A stretch of 60,283 bases of DNA, the filler included, from Circinaria calcarea (Eukaryota): the NCBI GenBank assembly GCA_051942165.1. It is 10 parts of 10 records of this genome, joined end to end, with 100 filler letters (N's around TTAATTAATTAA, not from the genome) between each part and the next. Parts side by side here need not be neighbours in the genome. Positions count along the whole stretch, not along the records: positions 36,260 to 42,192 come from JAVECS010001736.1; positions 42,293 to 48,223 come from JAVECS010001737.1; positions 48,324 to 54,254 come from JAVECS010001738.1; 7 more parts are not named here. One strand, given 5' to 3'. The translations under genes were made by a program, and so were the position numbers. The notes under the pieces are model-generated. The model did no database searches. It was not told where the DNA came from and was given only the letters and a program-made list of their open reading frames with translations. Positions 36,260-50,217 of the stretch are shown here, one piece after another; position 1 is the first letter of the stretch, and each line of letters opens with the position of its first letter.

Positions 36260-37051
36260 GCTAGCTTGATAAGCTGATCGTGTCCGCGTACCCAGAGAAG
36301 CATTGAGGTTTAGAGTTTCTGCCCCTCCGAAAATGTTACGCCATAAGAGATTACCATATGCGGACCCTTCTGCATTCCCAACGTCTGTGCCAGTTTTCAA
36401 AATGAACCTTGACTTTTCTTTGACCGATAGATAAACGTCAATGTCTGTGGGAGTGGTCGAAGGTTCCGTTTTCGAAGGTTTGTCGATGAAGAGGGAAATA
36501 GGTTGATGAAATATGTCTAGACCGTCTATCAGCCCCGAGGTTTAAGATAGTCAACCATAGAATATACCAAGTTTGTGTAGCTTCTCTGCGCCAATGGAAA
36601 CTTCCCGTATGGCTTCTGCTAATGTGTATGGCCGATCTTGATTGGCACTCAAGAGAGGCTTGAATATCCTTTCCAGAAAGCCAACTCGTGTATGATTCGC
36701 ATTGAGGATGCGGATTGAAGAGATTGTACAAGGTAAAGTCGAGTTATTATCTATCTTAAAGCTTGTTAAGTCCGTGTGACCTAGCAAAAGGGGGGAAATC
36801 TCGAAGAGGACTCGAGAGCAGGAGGTACCAATTCTGCCAATCGTTTCTGTGCCTTTTCGTATTGACCCCGCTGCCTTTCGTGTATCGCTCGACTCTTCTC
36901 CTCCTGAAGCTTGGGATCAACGCGCTTTTGAAGATTCTCGAAGATCTAAATGAATCACGCGCTCATGTTAGCCTGAGCTCTCCTTGAAGTAGGAGGCGTC
37001 CCAACGGCTAAGCGTACTCACATCATCTTCGGAATCCAATGGCGACGCCAT
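36260..37051 (-). CDS. SAM50: Mitochondrial outer-membrane beta-barrel assembly protein Sam50/Tob55 (3'-truncated)
   Basis: MASPLDSEDD start; POTRA region ISSIRILNANHTRVGFLERIF; KTGTDVGNAEGSAYGNLLWRNIFGGAETL. Three introns. Confidence 0.9.
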
Positions 37052-37323
37052 TGAGTGATGGGTCAAGCTACAATGGGCATCTCAACTCTCAGGAACGACT
37101 TCGCTTGGAGCTCATGCCAGTCCCTTACCTTGCTAGCGTAAAGCTCATGCATGTAGAGGCTTCGGCCAGCCCTATGCGGAACCAGGATTAATAATTACTG
37201 CGACGTTGCCGATGATCGACAACACTTCCGCTCTCGCAACTCAACTTAAGGATTTTACGGCCTCACGACTCTCTTACTCCGCGTTCTTCCAGTTCAGACG
37301 GCTTACACTATAGAGGCTGCAAA

Positions 37324-38275
37324 ATGGCAACACGCGCTGCTAACAAGCGGGTTTATACATCTATGCCTCTACGGTTGCAAGTGCACTCCGCTAACCTCGA
37401 GAGCAGCTTACTCGGGAATACAAAACCATCCAAGAAAACCCGCCTCCCTACATTGTTGCGCATCCTTCCGAAACCAACATCCTCGAGTAAGCTTCCTCGA
37501 CTGGTCCTCCACCATTCCACTCACTCTAACACCATAACGCAGATGGCACTATATTCTCACTGGGCCCCCAAAGACGCCATATGAAAACGGCCAATACTGG
37601 GGCACCTTGATCTTTCCCCCCGAATACCCATTTGCTCCTCCCGCCATCCGTATGCATACCCCTTCCGGCCGCTTTCAACCCTCCACCCGCCTCTGCCTCA
37701 GCATTTCCGACTTTCACCCCAAATCCTTCAATCCAGCCTGGGAGGTTTCGACCATCCTAATCGGCCTAATGTCTTTCATGACCAGTGACGAAATGACTAC
37801 TGGTAGTGTCCACGCTTCAGAAGCGGAACGTAAATGGGCCGCAGCGAGGACGAGGTGGTGGAATAGCACGGGTGGCGGAACGAGTAGTAAAGCGGTTCCA
37901 GGGGTGAACGCGAGTACGAAAGGGATTGGCGCAATTAAGGCAGGAGATGGAGGAGTAAAGTTCAGAGCCGAGTGGCCAGAGTTGGACGTGGAGAATTGGA
38001 AGTGGATGAGAGAAAACCGAGTCGACCCCGCCACTGGAAACATGGCACCAGATCCCAACGCGATTTTGTCGAGTACTTGTTCTCCAGAGGCAGCAGCGTT
38101 GAGGAGAAGACCTGGTGGGAGCGCAGCGGGCTTAGGGGCGGTCGTTGAGGGCGGGCACGCCGCGAGGAACGCAGGGCAGAGTTGGGTAAGGAGGCATAAG
38201 TTCACATTCGGGGCAATGCTAGTCATTGGGTATGTTCTGTTGGCGAGGCTCTTGGGTGATAATACTGCTGCATAG
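37324..38275 (+). CDS. UBC6: ER tail-anchored E2 ubiquitin-conjugating enzyme Ubc6
   Basis: MATRAANKR-LTREY...AHPSETNILE-WHYILTGP...TPSGRF...RLCLSISDFHP...WEVSTIL; C-terminal TM helix. Confidence 0.95.
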
Positions 38276-38849
38276 CGTTGACGGCATTCTCAAAGCGGTC
38301 TTGAACAACGCTTGGATGGATAGACCGGCGTTGACGGTTTTTATGCGATACCCGTGGGGCTGGTATCGTGTAGCAACTCGGCTACATAGTTGCACATTCA
38401 AAAAGCCGGCAAGTGATGGATTTTATAATCTACTGATCACCAGAGATGCAAATTTTTTGATTTCTGCGTGAGCCTCTCCGGCCTTCGTCGGCTCTCTGTA
38501 ACCTATATCCTCGCCTAACTGTTTTCTCTGAGGTATACAACACCGTAAAATTCAATGTTCTCGCCTTAAATCATATGCGCGGGTACATAGTATCCTAGAC
38601 AACCGCAGAGCAACCAAGTCCTATACAGAATCCAAGTGATGGCTCTTGCAGGGTGGCTACCCCTTTTAATGCATTACATAGCCTTCAATCTCCTTACTTC
38701 TCCTCTCTTTCGCTCTTTCCAGCGTTCTCGAACCGTTTGATAACCAACACCTGCCTCATTCTACCGCCTCATCGGTAGCGTCACAAATCTGTTTGACATT
38801 CTCCATGACAATGTTCTTGTCCTTCCTCGAAGTCAGCTAACAGCTTGTC

Positions 38850-40770
38850 ACTCCGATCGACCCAAGTCTGGGTAATCGTTTCGACCGCTACCTATAATTT
38901 GTTTCATACTTTTTATAATATTATCAATCTGTTGACTTACATTTGCTCTCTTCGTCATAGAAGTCGCGACATTGAGTCGCGCGAGAATGTCCATTGTGTT
39001 AATATTGTTTTCGGGGTTTTTACCCCTGGCTTCCTCTAGAGATTTTGCCAACTCTGCAATCTGTTGCTTGGCTCAGTAGATAACTTCTAATGCTTTCGCA
39101 TTAGGCCATTTAGACTTGAGCGCTCGAATTTCCCTACTTAGAAAGAGATTACGAATTTCAACCGCCTAGTTGAAGATGCCGTAGCACATCCACCGGATCA
39201 GATACCATAACATCCAAGGCAATATTTTTGTACTTTTGAGCTGCAACAAAGTAAGGTAGATTGCAATTCCTTTAAGTTCTTCTTGGCGTCTTCTATTGCG
39301 AGAAGGAGTAAATAAGCGGCTCTATTAACATGGTATGCGCAAGGCAACTTGCGCTGATCAGATATAGCTGCTCCTATAGCGGTTGGCAAATAGTGGCGAT
39401 AGACAGAGGTAAGTGCTTCAGGTCTGTTCATTCCTTGTCCAGATGTTGGTAATCCATATACGGCCATGAGGCATTGACATCTCTTATATCCGGACCATTA
39501 CATACGACCCACATAGGTACTCCTCCCTTATTTGAAATATATAGACAATTGTGTCAAGCAGCGACTTGAGCCACCGCTCTTTATCGTTTTATACAAATCC
39601 TAATCTCCCCTGGGCCTTTACCAACCCTTTTCCATGCCTGGATGCAATTGGTATGCTTGTTCTGTTATCTGAGTATGAAGACGATCACCGTTCCCTTTGC
39701 CCTCTTTGACCTTACTCTTAGCCAACTGTTCCTCTTCTAACTTGGATATAAGAAATTGTTCTGGCGTTGTTTAACGTTGCCATTCGATAATCACAAGCGG
39801 CATATTTGGACCTGTAGATACCAGAGGCACCCTTAGTACTGTCCCATTTTCTTTCCTAATAATGCAATGTGAATACGTTCCGTTTGGCCTTGTTTACTCG
39901 CTTTATCTGCTGTGACTTTCTCTCTGTGTATACGCGCTCGCTCTTTTCTCGCTGGACCTACACGACCTGCCATCAGTGCCGTATGTGGTAAGAATAATGT
40001 CATATCTTTCAAAGTCGCTCGGCCTGATACCACGTTTATTGCTGTCATGGTATAACAGCACGTTCTATGGGGCTACAGCCTCGCCGTTAACCGCAGTATG
40101 CCCGGGGTTATTCATTGTTCTATGACTTCACGAAATCCTTTCCCAATTGAAGGTACATCTCCTCCTTTTGCCGGTAGGCAAGTTTGTGCGACTTTATGAC
40201 AAGAGCCGAACTATTATTTTCTTATATATCATCCTCCTGGTCTCTCTTCATCTTTTCGTTATGGTCTGGTATGAAATTTGGAATCTGAGTCTCAAAGAAC
40301 GGTTCCATGTCATTGGCGAAGTACTGTCCAGTAGCACGGGTAATTTTGAGTCGAAGCGTATTACATTAAATATTATTGCTGTAGGCTTCCTGAAACAACA
40401 TCTTGTGTGACTCGTACGGTTCAAAAGCATTATTATTATTATTTGCATCATCTTCTACGCTACCGGTTCGAGGAGGGAATGTTCGCTTTTTGGTAAGGCT
40501 GTTTCATTCTTATTATCATGTATAGCAGGCTGTTTGTATTCGGTTCTACTTACATTTTCAGCAGAGCTAACATCGACTGCTGTGCTTCTATTATCTTTGT
40601 GATCTGACTGGCCAGAATATTGTGAATATTAATCAAAATATACTCCGCAGGTGTCAGGGTGCTTGGGTCCTTGGTGTGAAGCCATAGCTGAGTCTTGATG
40701 ATGTCGACCTCTGGGGGATGGACTACTTCTTGGGCTCTGCTAGGTATAGGAAGTCCGAATAGTGCCACCG
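38850..40770 (-). pseudogene. Degenerate region containing an SNF2-ATPase relic
   Basis: 40061-39975 translates VLLYHDSNKRGIRPSDFERYDIILTTYGT; in-frame MPLVIIEWQR* starts at 39803; many stops around. Outer boundaries are approximate. Confidence 0.45.
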
Positions 40771-40848
40771 TTTGCCGAAAAAGGTGACCAAGACTACCAC
40801 CCTTAGCTGAACATAGTGACCAAGATTGCTACCGTTCGGCTGAAAATG
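40762..40848. repeat. Degenerate ~32-bp minisatellite (about 2.7 units)
   Basis: gtgaccaaga at 40784 and 40816, with repeated ccaccgtt/ctgaa-like cores. Confidence 0.55.
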
Positions 40849-42292
40849 CCCAAACCGGGGAAAGGGCGAAGTGAAATATATAAATTTACAGGGCTAGACT
40901 AGTTACATTAGCACTTACCTATTGTAAAATACTATGTTAGCCCAATTTTACTATTGATTACTTTTTCAGCCCGTGACATGAAGTTGCCTGAGTGGATATC
41001 ATATATATAGGTCGCTGCGAAAATGAGCTGACGGAGTAAAATAAGGCCCTCTTCAAGTATGGTTTGTAATAGAACGGCAACTGGCAAGTAACACTAAAAG
41101 GTGATTTGCAGAATGAACGGAAATTAGAGGTGGAATGATTACTGGTTTTATACGTCTCGGTGACAAACTTCAAGCATTCACTGAGGCTCATTGGTTAACT
41201 TCTCTACCATAACGACATCGCCGCGCCCAGTAGAGAATGTGTCAAGAGCGTGTTTTAGCACAGAAGCGAGTCTCTCATATATATTCTTTATCTCCTTTAT
41301 GCCTAACAGTCTCGTGTCCTTCTACATTCAGATCGCCGTTCAACCGATCTGGCCATATCTCGTTAGAAAGGTGAGATAGATAGGTATATAAGGACTTTGC
41401 GTAAAACATTCCGGAGAACTATCGTATCGAACTTAATCAGCAGAAAAATTCCGCATCAACTCCATGTCGCTTCAAACCTTAGCTCAAAGAGCATCATATT
41501 AAAAAGAGACAGGAGCATCGACCACTCAAGCATGGCTAGTAATAGAATGAACTATCTCCATAGTAAATATTGTTGTTCAAATAATCTCTAGTTTCATGCT
41601 GTCTAGTAATTTGTATGCGTTCCGCATCGCTGTAGTACGGGTGTGACCTCTTGAGTTGAAGAAGAGTCGATTCCATTTTGACCTCAAATATTGATTAGGA
41701 ACATGTTGACGCAAGGGAATTTAAGCGTACATGTCAGTAGAAACATGGCAAGACGGTAAAAGTAGGGGATCCGCTTTGAGACTGCACTACGCGCTTCTCG
41801 GGCTCCGCGTCAAATGTATTTTAGCGCCGAAAAAGTATTGATTCAATTTGATTCCCTCGGTTGCGCTGGATTTTCGAGGTACAGTCGGCGCATTCTACAT
41901 CTGCAGCTGCTCTCTCAAGACAGACCGCCATGAGGAAGTCGGAATAAGTCGCTCTCACGTTGACTGACAATCACTATGAAAAGGGTCCTGGTATGCCCTT
42001 TGTTCCAAGACGTTCAATGCTCGATAGATCCAAGACTAACATCTTTGTCTCTACAGGCTTCACGATTCCCCTTGATGCACTTCGGGATGCCTCACAAATA
42101 TAGGGGTAGGCCATCCATCCCATCAAAGTTGTATGGAAATCAGACCCCAGCAGGTCAATATTCCACTGCTCAGGACTCCCAACTGTGGGAGGNNNNNNNN
42201 NNNNNNNNNNNNNNNNNNNNNNNNNNNNNNNNNNNNTTAATTAATTAANNNNNNNNNNNNNNNNNNNNNNNNNNNNNNNNNNNNNNNNNNNN

Positions 42293-43278
42293 TCTGACAG
42301 CTACACAGAGGCTTTTCCCTGCCAGGACTGCTCGTTCAAGCCCTGCCAGATCCCAAGCTCCCAAGCCGCTAATCCAGCCTCTGATAACATCCTTGGTCTG
42401 TTGAGGCTGACTTGCAGGAACGATTGATCCATCATCTAAAACAGGTTTGATCTCTATGCCCGGCCAAATATACGTAGTCAAGTATGAGATTATAGGCTGA
42501 GCCGTCCGGATTTGAATATCCCGCAAGCTCTCCCTATCCCGTTGTTCGCTCTGTTCTAGTTGTACTGCATCATGGTGGCTCTTCGCTGGTGCCCAGCAGA
42601 GTAGAGTGTCAGTGTCCAGGTATCGCATCAGCATTCTGACAATCTCATCTCTCGTATTTCCAGAGGCTTGCCCACTATCCTGCATGTGTATATCGTTGGC
42701 ACGACTAGCCATTGACGTGAGGGGTATAAGATGCTGCTTCAGAGCCTGCTGGGCAGAAACGAGAAGGTCCCATTCTAAGGCTATAGCAGTTGCAAGGTGA
42801 GACTTTGAAGCGGGAATAGGCAAGACAGCTTTCCCAGGCAGAGCACGGATAGGTCGTTCATCAAGGTGGACTGTATGTGAGCCGTCTATGGAAAAGCGAA
42901 TTATATGTCAGATCTGGCAAAGGGAACGGCGAAGTCCTCAGGGAAATGTGTAGATATACCTGGGGTGGTCCTAACGCTGACGTCTGTCCAAAATCTCTTT
43001 TTCATGGCGCTGCCTGGTTTCATCTGGCTTATACGAAGGTCCTGACCTCGTTGAAGGAGCTCAGCCTGCCGTCGGCGCCGGTCAACGCGCTCGCCATATT
43101 GAGAAGCTGCTGGAAGTGGTGGAGAGGGCGGGGGACCTGAGGCAGTGATAGGAAGAGGTGTGGCGGGCTTGGGGATGGTAGTGTGTAGGCATTGGATCGA
43201 TGACAGGCGATTGGGTATTGGAAGAGCCCGATGGGATTTATGGAAGAGATGATGTGATTGTAGCAATCGAGTCTTCAT
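42293..43278 (-). CDS. ATP12: F1-ATPase assembly chaperone Atp12 (3'-truncated)
   Basis: KKRFWTDVSV, HLDERPIR, LATAIALEWD, RYLDTDTLLCWAP, LAGLERAVLAGKS. Intron 42959-42886. Confidence 0.94.
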
Positions 43279-43544
43279 ATTTGCTATATGGCGGTGCTGA
43301 CTGCAATGCTTTTTTAGACTATGTTTGAAGTGGAGGACTATATTGTTTGCCCGGGGGGCCCTGTTGCATCCTATCCTTGCAAAGGTAAACTACATATGGG
43401 ATAGGGCAATAATGTCTCGAATACTACTATTCTCGTTTTCAAATGTCGATGGTCATTTCCTTACTTATACTAAGTGGTCCTACCAGATGACAAGAACTCG
43501 TGTTGCACTTGAGAATGGAAGCGGGAACCACCTGCCTGTTTGGC

Positions 43545-44643
43545 TTAATCAACATCAGGAACAGGCAAGCCATCGAGCAACTTGACTTTTCTTCCAAGAG
43601 CAGCCAGTGCATTCCTCGATTTCTCATCTCGCAAATCACTTGCTTCCTTTTCCGAAACAAGGACGAAGTCACGTTTCAAGACCCGAGTACCCGGCTTAAC
43701 GTTGTATTTCTTTGATATCTCCTCATCCGCAGGATGGAGATCAATGACCAATGAACTCTTTACGCCGAACACAGCGTCTGAGGTTTCATATGGATCTCCC
43801 CTTAGATACAATGCACTGGTAGAGTTGTCAGTCGACTCTTCGGATAGATCAGCAACATGAGAAGTCATACGTGATAAGATTGTCCCAGCCACTCTTCCGG
43901 AACATGAAATGCATATGAGCCGGCCTATACGGATGCCTGTGAAGCTTCTGTAAGAGCAAACCTACCGGGCCGTCATGCGGGATAGGATACGACACAGGTA
44001 CGATCGCCTTGAACCAGAAATTGCCATCCTTGTCACTCTCCATCAGACATCTACCATCTGGTCCAGGACGATCTGCATACTGCACATCGTAGTGTCCGGA
44101 AGAATCCGTCTCCCAGATATCAATGTCGACACCTGGGACAGGAGTGCCATGTACGTCCTTGACGGTACAAATTACCAGACAAGGCTCGCCATTGGGATCG
44201 TGGGACAGCGCATCGCCATTAGCCATATCCTCAGCTTCATCTGTATGAAAGGGGCCTAGTACGGAGCCTTCAGTAGCGTTCGGAGGTTTGGGGTGGTCTA
44301 TTGAATCTACTAGCATAGAAAGACCGAGGACGTCTGAGAGCAATATAAACTCCTAAGGAAAATATCAGGCTTCCTGCACAACCCAGAGAGGACATGGGTG
44401 TCACACCTGTCTAACATCACTGCACATCTGCCCGACAGCTGTCAGAAACTCCACTCCTGCCCTCCATTCGTTGGTGCTCAACCTTGTCTCCCGAGCAAAA
44501 TCATGTAGATGGCTGACCAATCTTTCTAGCACATATTTCATGCGTGAGTCTGGACCTTGGGAATTGATTAGGATGGTGTTCTCAGTGATGTTGTCTATCG
44601 TCAAGTCCTTCATCGGTGGGATGTTTACTTTAGATGCATCCAT
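43545..44643 (-). CDS. Intradiol ring-cleavage dioxygenase (hydroxyquinol/catechol 1,2-dioxygenase)
   Basis: EFILLSDVLG, TEGSVLGPFH, GHYDVQY, YPIPHDGP, RPAHMHF (Fe ligands Tyr/Tyr/His/His), SDAVFGVK. Introns 44406-44353 and 43870-43816. Confidence 0.94.
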
Positions 44644-45282
44644 AATGCCAAACTGTCAAGTACGAAGAATAGGATACGACAAAGTACTTTAGTATTGTCA
44701 AGTGATATGCTCTGGATTGGACCACTAGTGCAATAGATTGCATGCGTAAAGTGACCGAAATGTAGGATAGAGCTCCTACTTATTTCTATCCACGTAGCAC
44801 AACTGCCTTCCCCCTCCGAGAGGGGTGAAATGGGAAGTAAGTAAATATGGGGAAGCCTTGTGCGTTACTTTGTCATCCCATTGTTTTTGTGTGAGAGCCT
44901 GGTTGAAAAAGTAGCCACGATAGGAAAGGACTTTGTAAACCTAATCTGCGCGGATCCGAGACTGGTGTGCCAAAGTGGTTGCTGATAGTGACGGTATACG
45001 AGGGATGCTCCGTTCCCACTACCTATAGGTCGAGTATTTTGAACAGGATTTTCTATACGTCCAAGTCTTATGGTATTCGACGAGCCATGATTCCTGTGTG
45101 AGGGTCCCATACTCCATATTCTTTACTGGCACACATGATCTACGCGCTCGAGTGGCGTCTGGCGCTAAGCCTGATGTGGCCTACCAACAACATTATAGAG
45201 AACAAACGCGTTGATTCGTCCCACCACTATCAAGTTCCGGGCCACAAATCCACCATACAGGTACCTCCAACCTAACCTTAGC

Positions 45283-48223
45283 ATGCCGCATAGGAGCGCC
45301 AATACACCTGCGCTACGCGACAGTAGTGGCAACACCATCCATCAAGCACCGATGGCTTCCAACGACAAAGGCAAGCGCAAGATCGAGGTCTTTGATCTCA
45401 CTGGCAGCGACGATGAAGTCGGTTACATTCCGCAGTCGCGCAAGACTCCCAAATCATGCAACGACTCCGGTCCCTCAGCCCAATCGCGGCGCAACGATTC
45501 TGGCTCTTTTACTCAATCGCAGCGCGACGAGTGGGTGGAAGATGGAGATGAGGATGAAGTCATTGTTATGAGCCAAGATGGAAGCGCTGGCGTTGGCGAA
45601 ACCTTTGAGCTCTACGGTACTCTCGATACTAAGGTCGTGGGTGTTCGTTACTACAGTGGGCACGCCACGGTCGGGGAACACGTTCTTGTTCGTAGAGAGG
45701 CTACTAATCCCTATGATTCGAATGCAATCCGGGTCGATAATGTTCAAAGAGATCAAATCGGCCACATTCCAAGACAGTATGCTGCCAAACTAGCACCCTA
45801 TATGGATACTGGCGCGCTCATCGTTAGCGGAATCCTCTCCGGTCAAAGAGGGGAATACGATTGTCCCCTCAGAATCAGCCTCTATGGTACCAATGAGCCA
45901 ACAGCTCAAGCAAATTTGAAAAGTAGGATGCAGGCGGACAAGCTACCTCTCGAAGCACTCAACAATAGAGAAAAAGAAGCAAAGAAGCGCAAGACTGCAG
46001 AACTCAAGAAGGTCGGAAAGAAGGGAGCTAATCAAGGACCGCAGTTTGGGAGTAGTCAGGGTGATTACGCAGGTGGTTCGTCCCAAAACCACAATAATGC
46101 AGGTCAGAGCTTGGACGATATTATGCTGGAAAGTGAACGTTTTAATCCTAGAGAGATGGGAAACGTGGTTGAGAAGTTTGGTACAGGCGAGGCGGCTCTG
46201 GCCGACATGCCTATGGCAAACGATCCTAAGAGGCTATGTACTCCTCTTCTACCATACCAGAAGCAAGGCCTGGCTTGGTTGCTAGATAAAGAGAATCCTC
46301 GCGTTCCTCCTGTTGGATCCACAGATGTCGTACAATTGTGGAAACGCGCTCCTGTTGGTGGACGGCTGTTCACTAACATTGCAACAAACTTCTCCATCAA
46401 AGACAAGGAGCCGATCTTGGCAAGCGGCGGCATTCTTGCAGATGACATGGGTCTTGGGAAAACACTACAGATCATTTCGTTGATCGTAGCGGACATGGAG
46501 CTCTTGCGTTCTCGGAGTGAGCTTAACAATAATGTACTAAAGACAACACTCATCATAGCTCCCGTAAGCGTAATGAGCAATTGGAGTACTCAGGTACGTT
46601 GGCATTACCAAAGGCACTTTCTCAAACCACTGATAGTATCTAGATTGCTCGTCATATTCAAGCCGATCGGCCCCTTCGCATTTTGACCTATCATGGGGCA
46701 GGGAGAAAGCAAAACAAACCGGAAGATTTTGCATCATATGATGTAGTTATTACCACGTATGGTACGCTCTCTGTTGACTATCTCCCCGGCAAAGCCAAGA
46801 CTCCTCCGCCGATCCCCCATAAAACTGGCCTTTTCTCCATGAACTGGCGTCGTATTGTCTTGGATGAGGGCCACATCATTCGCAATCCGTCCACCAAAGG
46901 TGCTCTGGCAGCTTCTGCCTTAGTTGGAAGATGTCGATGGGTGTTGACAGGAACACCGATCATCAATAGTCTCAAAGACCTATTCAGCTTAGTCCGCTTC
47001 ATCGGACTCTCCGGTGGTTTGGAGAGATTAGATATCTTCAACAGTGTACTCATTCGCCCCTTGAAAGCAGGTTTTGAAGATGCAAACCTTCTCCTTCAAG
47101 CGTTGATGGGAACTCTATGTCTTCGAAGAAAGAAGGAGATGTCGTTTATCGATCTTCGTCTTCCCGAACTCACCGAATACGTCAACCGCATTCCTTTCCT
47201 ACCGCACGAGAAAGAGAAATACGAAGCTCTGCAAGCTGAAGCCCAAGGGTTGCTCAGGACCTACCAGACCCGCCATAATCAAAGCCAAAACAAAGCGCAG
47301 GATACTTACCGGCATTTGCTGGAGATCCTCCTTCGACTACGCCAGGTCTGTAACCACTGGAAGCTATGCGGGGAGCGGGTGACCTCCCTTCTCTCTTTGT
47401 TGGAGACCCAAAAAGTAGTAGACCTAACCCCAGAGAATCAACGAGCCTTGCAGGACATGCTCCAGCTCAGCATCGAATCCCGCGAAGACTGTCCGGTCTG
47501 CCTTGAGAACCTATACAACCACGACCCCGTCATCACCCACTGCGCTCACGTCTTCGGCTCCGAATGCATCAAACGCGTCATCGAAACCCAACAAAAATGT
47601 CCCATGTGCCGCGCCGAGCTCAAGGACGACACTTGCCTAGTAAAACCGGCCTCTGAGTTCGGCGACGCAGCATCCGCGGAAGAAGAAGCGGAAGCAGACA
47701 TCGACACCGCCCTCAGCAGCAGCAAAGTCGAAGCCCTCCTCAGCATCCTCAAGGCCTCGCGCAAGAAATCCGCCACCGGCGACGCCAGCCCGACCAAAAC
47801 AATCGTCTACTCCCAATGGACCAAGTTCCTCGACGTCATCCAGAAGCAACTCGACCTCCACGGCTTCCAATACGCCCGCATCGACGGCACCATGACAGCT
47901 CCCCGCCGCGACGAGGCCCTGCACGCCCTCGACACGGACCCGGCCTGCACCGTCCTCCTCGCCAGCCTCGGCGTCTGCGCCGTCGGCCTCAACCTCGTCG
48001 CCGCGAACCAGGTCATCCTGGCCGACAGCTGGTGGGCCCCCGCCATCGAAGACCAAGCCGTCGACCGCGTGCATCGGTTGGGCCAGACGCGCGAAACGAC
48101 GGTGTGGCGGTTGGTCATGGAGGGCAGTATCGAGGAGCGGGTGCTGGACGTCCAGCGGGAGAAGCGGAAGCTGATGATGAGTGCGTTTCGGGAGACGAGC
48201 AGTAAGAGGAGTGGGGGGAAGAG
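45283..48223 (+). CDS. HIRAN-SNF2-RING helicase/E3 ligase (Rad5/HLTF-like), 3'-truncated
   Basis: HIRAN (VVGVRYY...NPYDSNAIRV...IGHIP), GILADDMGLGKT, LDEGH, LTGTP, RING CPVC...CAH...CPMCR, QAVDRVHRLGQ. Intron 46594-46643. Start could alternatively be 45352. Confidence 0.93.
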
Positions 48224-48394
48224 NNNNNNNNNNNNNNNNNNNNNNNNNNNNNNNNNNNNNNNNNNNNTTAATTAATTAANNNNNNNNNNNNNNNNNNNNN
48301 NNNNNNNNNNNNNNNNNNNNNNNGGGATGATTACAAGATGTAAGAATGACTCAGGACTACTGCTCCCGTTGGATAGTATGGATGACAGACTCCA

Positions 48395-49099
48395 GAGAGC
48401 GGATCTCAATCTCCATCGATCCATTCACAGGCCGCAACCCCTCCTATTGCTTTGTCGAGCTAGAGAACAAAGAGCAGGCGGACCGAGCAATGTCAGAACT
48501 CAACGGCGTAATGCTTCTTAGTCGCCCCGTGAAGATCAAGCCCAGTATCTCAAAAGCCAGTGGAGGCGGTGCGTATGGAAGAGTCGACAAGTCGGCGTAT
48601 GACAGTGTGATGTGGAAGAAAGAACCCGCTCCGGAGCCCTTTTTTGACCGCTTCAAACGAGATGATGCGGACACTCATTGGAGAGGAGTAAGTCAGAAGG
48701 GTTGCCGGCTCTATGTTGGAGGCTTGCCTCGAATGCCAGATCAGCCAACCGCTGAAGCAGAGGTCCTCCGTTTGATGGACGGTTTCCAAATGTAGGTTCC
48801 CTGTTGTGGCCCCTTTGTGGCATCACCTATTGACTGTGCACATGTTTCCAACGCGCTAATGCTTCTCCAGTGATGCTGTGAGCAAGATCATCTCGCCACA
48901 CCCGTCAACACGCGACTTGCCTGGCGATCACTTTTATCTCTTTGTAGATCTACCGACATCGATGGAAGCCGACGCCGCTGTCAAAGCTTTGAATGGAAAG
49001 TTTCTGGGATCGGAGGGTAAAGTTCTTCGCGTTGCTAAAGCCAAAGATAATGCCTGGAAAGTCCAAGAAAGAGACTCGTTTGGGAAGGAGCGTGGATGA
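48395..49099 (+). CDS. Two-RRM RNA-binding protein (5'-truncated)
   Basis: DPFTGRNPSYCFVEL (RNP1-like), RLYVGGLP (RNP2) and FYLFVDL...AVKALNG. Intron from about 48792 to 48870. Confidence 0.8.
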
Positions 49100-50160
49100 G
49101 TTAATGGCCTTCAAACCCGTTGGCGTCGGCATGCAGATAACTCATGTTTTCTTGATCGGGCTGGTCATTATATCCAATAGTTCATCCGTAAAGTGAACTT
49201 CCGATGGACATAAAAGATGAAAACAAAGGCCCTTGCTCCTCGATATGTTTGGCAAATTGTTGAAGGACAAGAAATCAAACCGAACCACCGTTTGACCTCT
49301 GATGGTAGGCCAAGTATTCTCAACGATAGAAAGTAAAAATCGATCGAAATCCGTAAGGTATCCTTACGTAAAGATGATCAAACAGCTTGCCAATTCATTA
49401 CTACACCTCCTCTCGTATTCACACGAGTCCCTAATCATCTTCCAAGCCATTTATCTAACAAAAAGGGCGAACAACTAATCCCTGACTAAAAATTACTTAT
49501 TTTCCGCTACTGCACTATGGTGTCGCAGGGAAACAACAGCTATTACAGTAGTACGATTTGCAAAACAGGGTATATTTGGTACAGTACATAATAACCAATC
49601 AACTTCATAGGAATTATAAATCCTTATTCCTATAATCAGCAGGGCATAATCAATATTAACGTAAACTTTTCCCCTCAACCCCGGTATTGTCACGGGGTCC
49701 CCCCGCGACTTCCACGGAGGGACCGAGGTCCGGGGGGTTATGTATATAAAAGACGGTAGTTTTAGCATAGAAGGAATGCAAGGAACCTTCACCACACAAC
49801 AAAATGTGAAGGATATAGGGTGCTCCGCTATGCTCTTAAGGTATGGGCAAAGACGCTGTCGAGAATGGGTCACGAGGGGCCTGAATAATGAAAGGATCAA
49901 AGGGTATATGGCATGAACTGACTGCTACAGTATTAATACATATAGGGGGGGAATATCAGGACGGGTTTCGGTATCGTATTTCTGACTGCTATGCTGCTCT
50001 GCTCGTGTGTATGTGTGTGTATATCCTCCATGCCTGCCTGCCCATTCCATATGCGCGCCCAGTCACTAGTCGCCTTGGCTCCACCACAATAATTGTTTAT
50101 TAATTTGTAATTTCGGGGAGATTTTTATCGGGTTTCGTTCTTTATAAATAAAGCGGTAGG

Positions 50161-50217
50161 GTCCGTGCATTGAAATCTCACCTTTGGTGTATTCTAGCCC
50201 GAGCTATCCGCCCTCTA
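50161..50217. mobile_element. Right terminal inverted repeat of the same Tc1/mariner-type family as the 16787-16897 MITE
   Basis: GTCCGTGC...GGTGTATTCTAGCCCGAGCTATCCGCCCTCTA followed by TA; follows an AT-rich non-coding stretch. Confidence 0.65.

Noticed and set aside
41976..42192. Possible gene start with a canonical intron (GTATGC...CTAAC...CAG) at the contig end
   Set aside because: Too short and unrecognisable to assign.
47500..48223. Abrupt GC increase and long overlapping antisense ORFs in the helicase 3' end
   Set aside because: The reading frame is continuous; antisense ORFs follow from high GC3. Similar G/C-rich runs occur at other contig ends, so this is not evidence of HGT.
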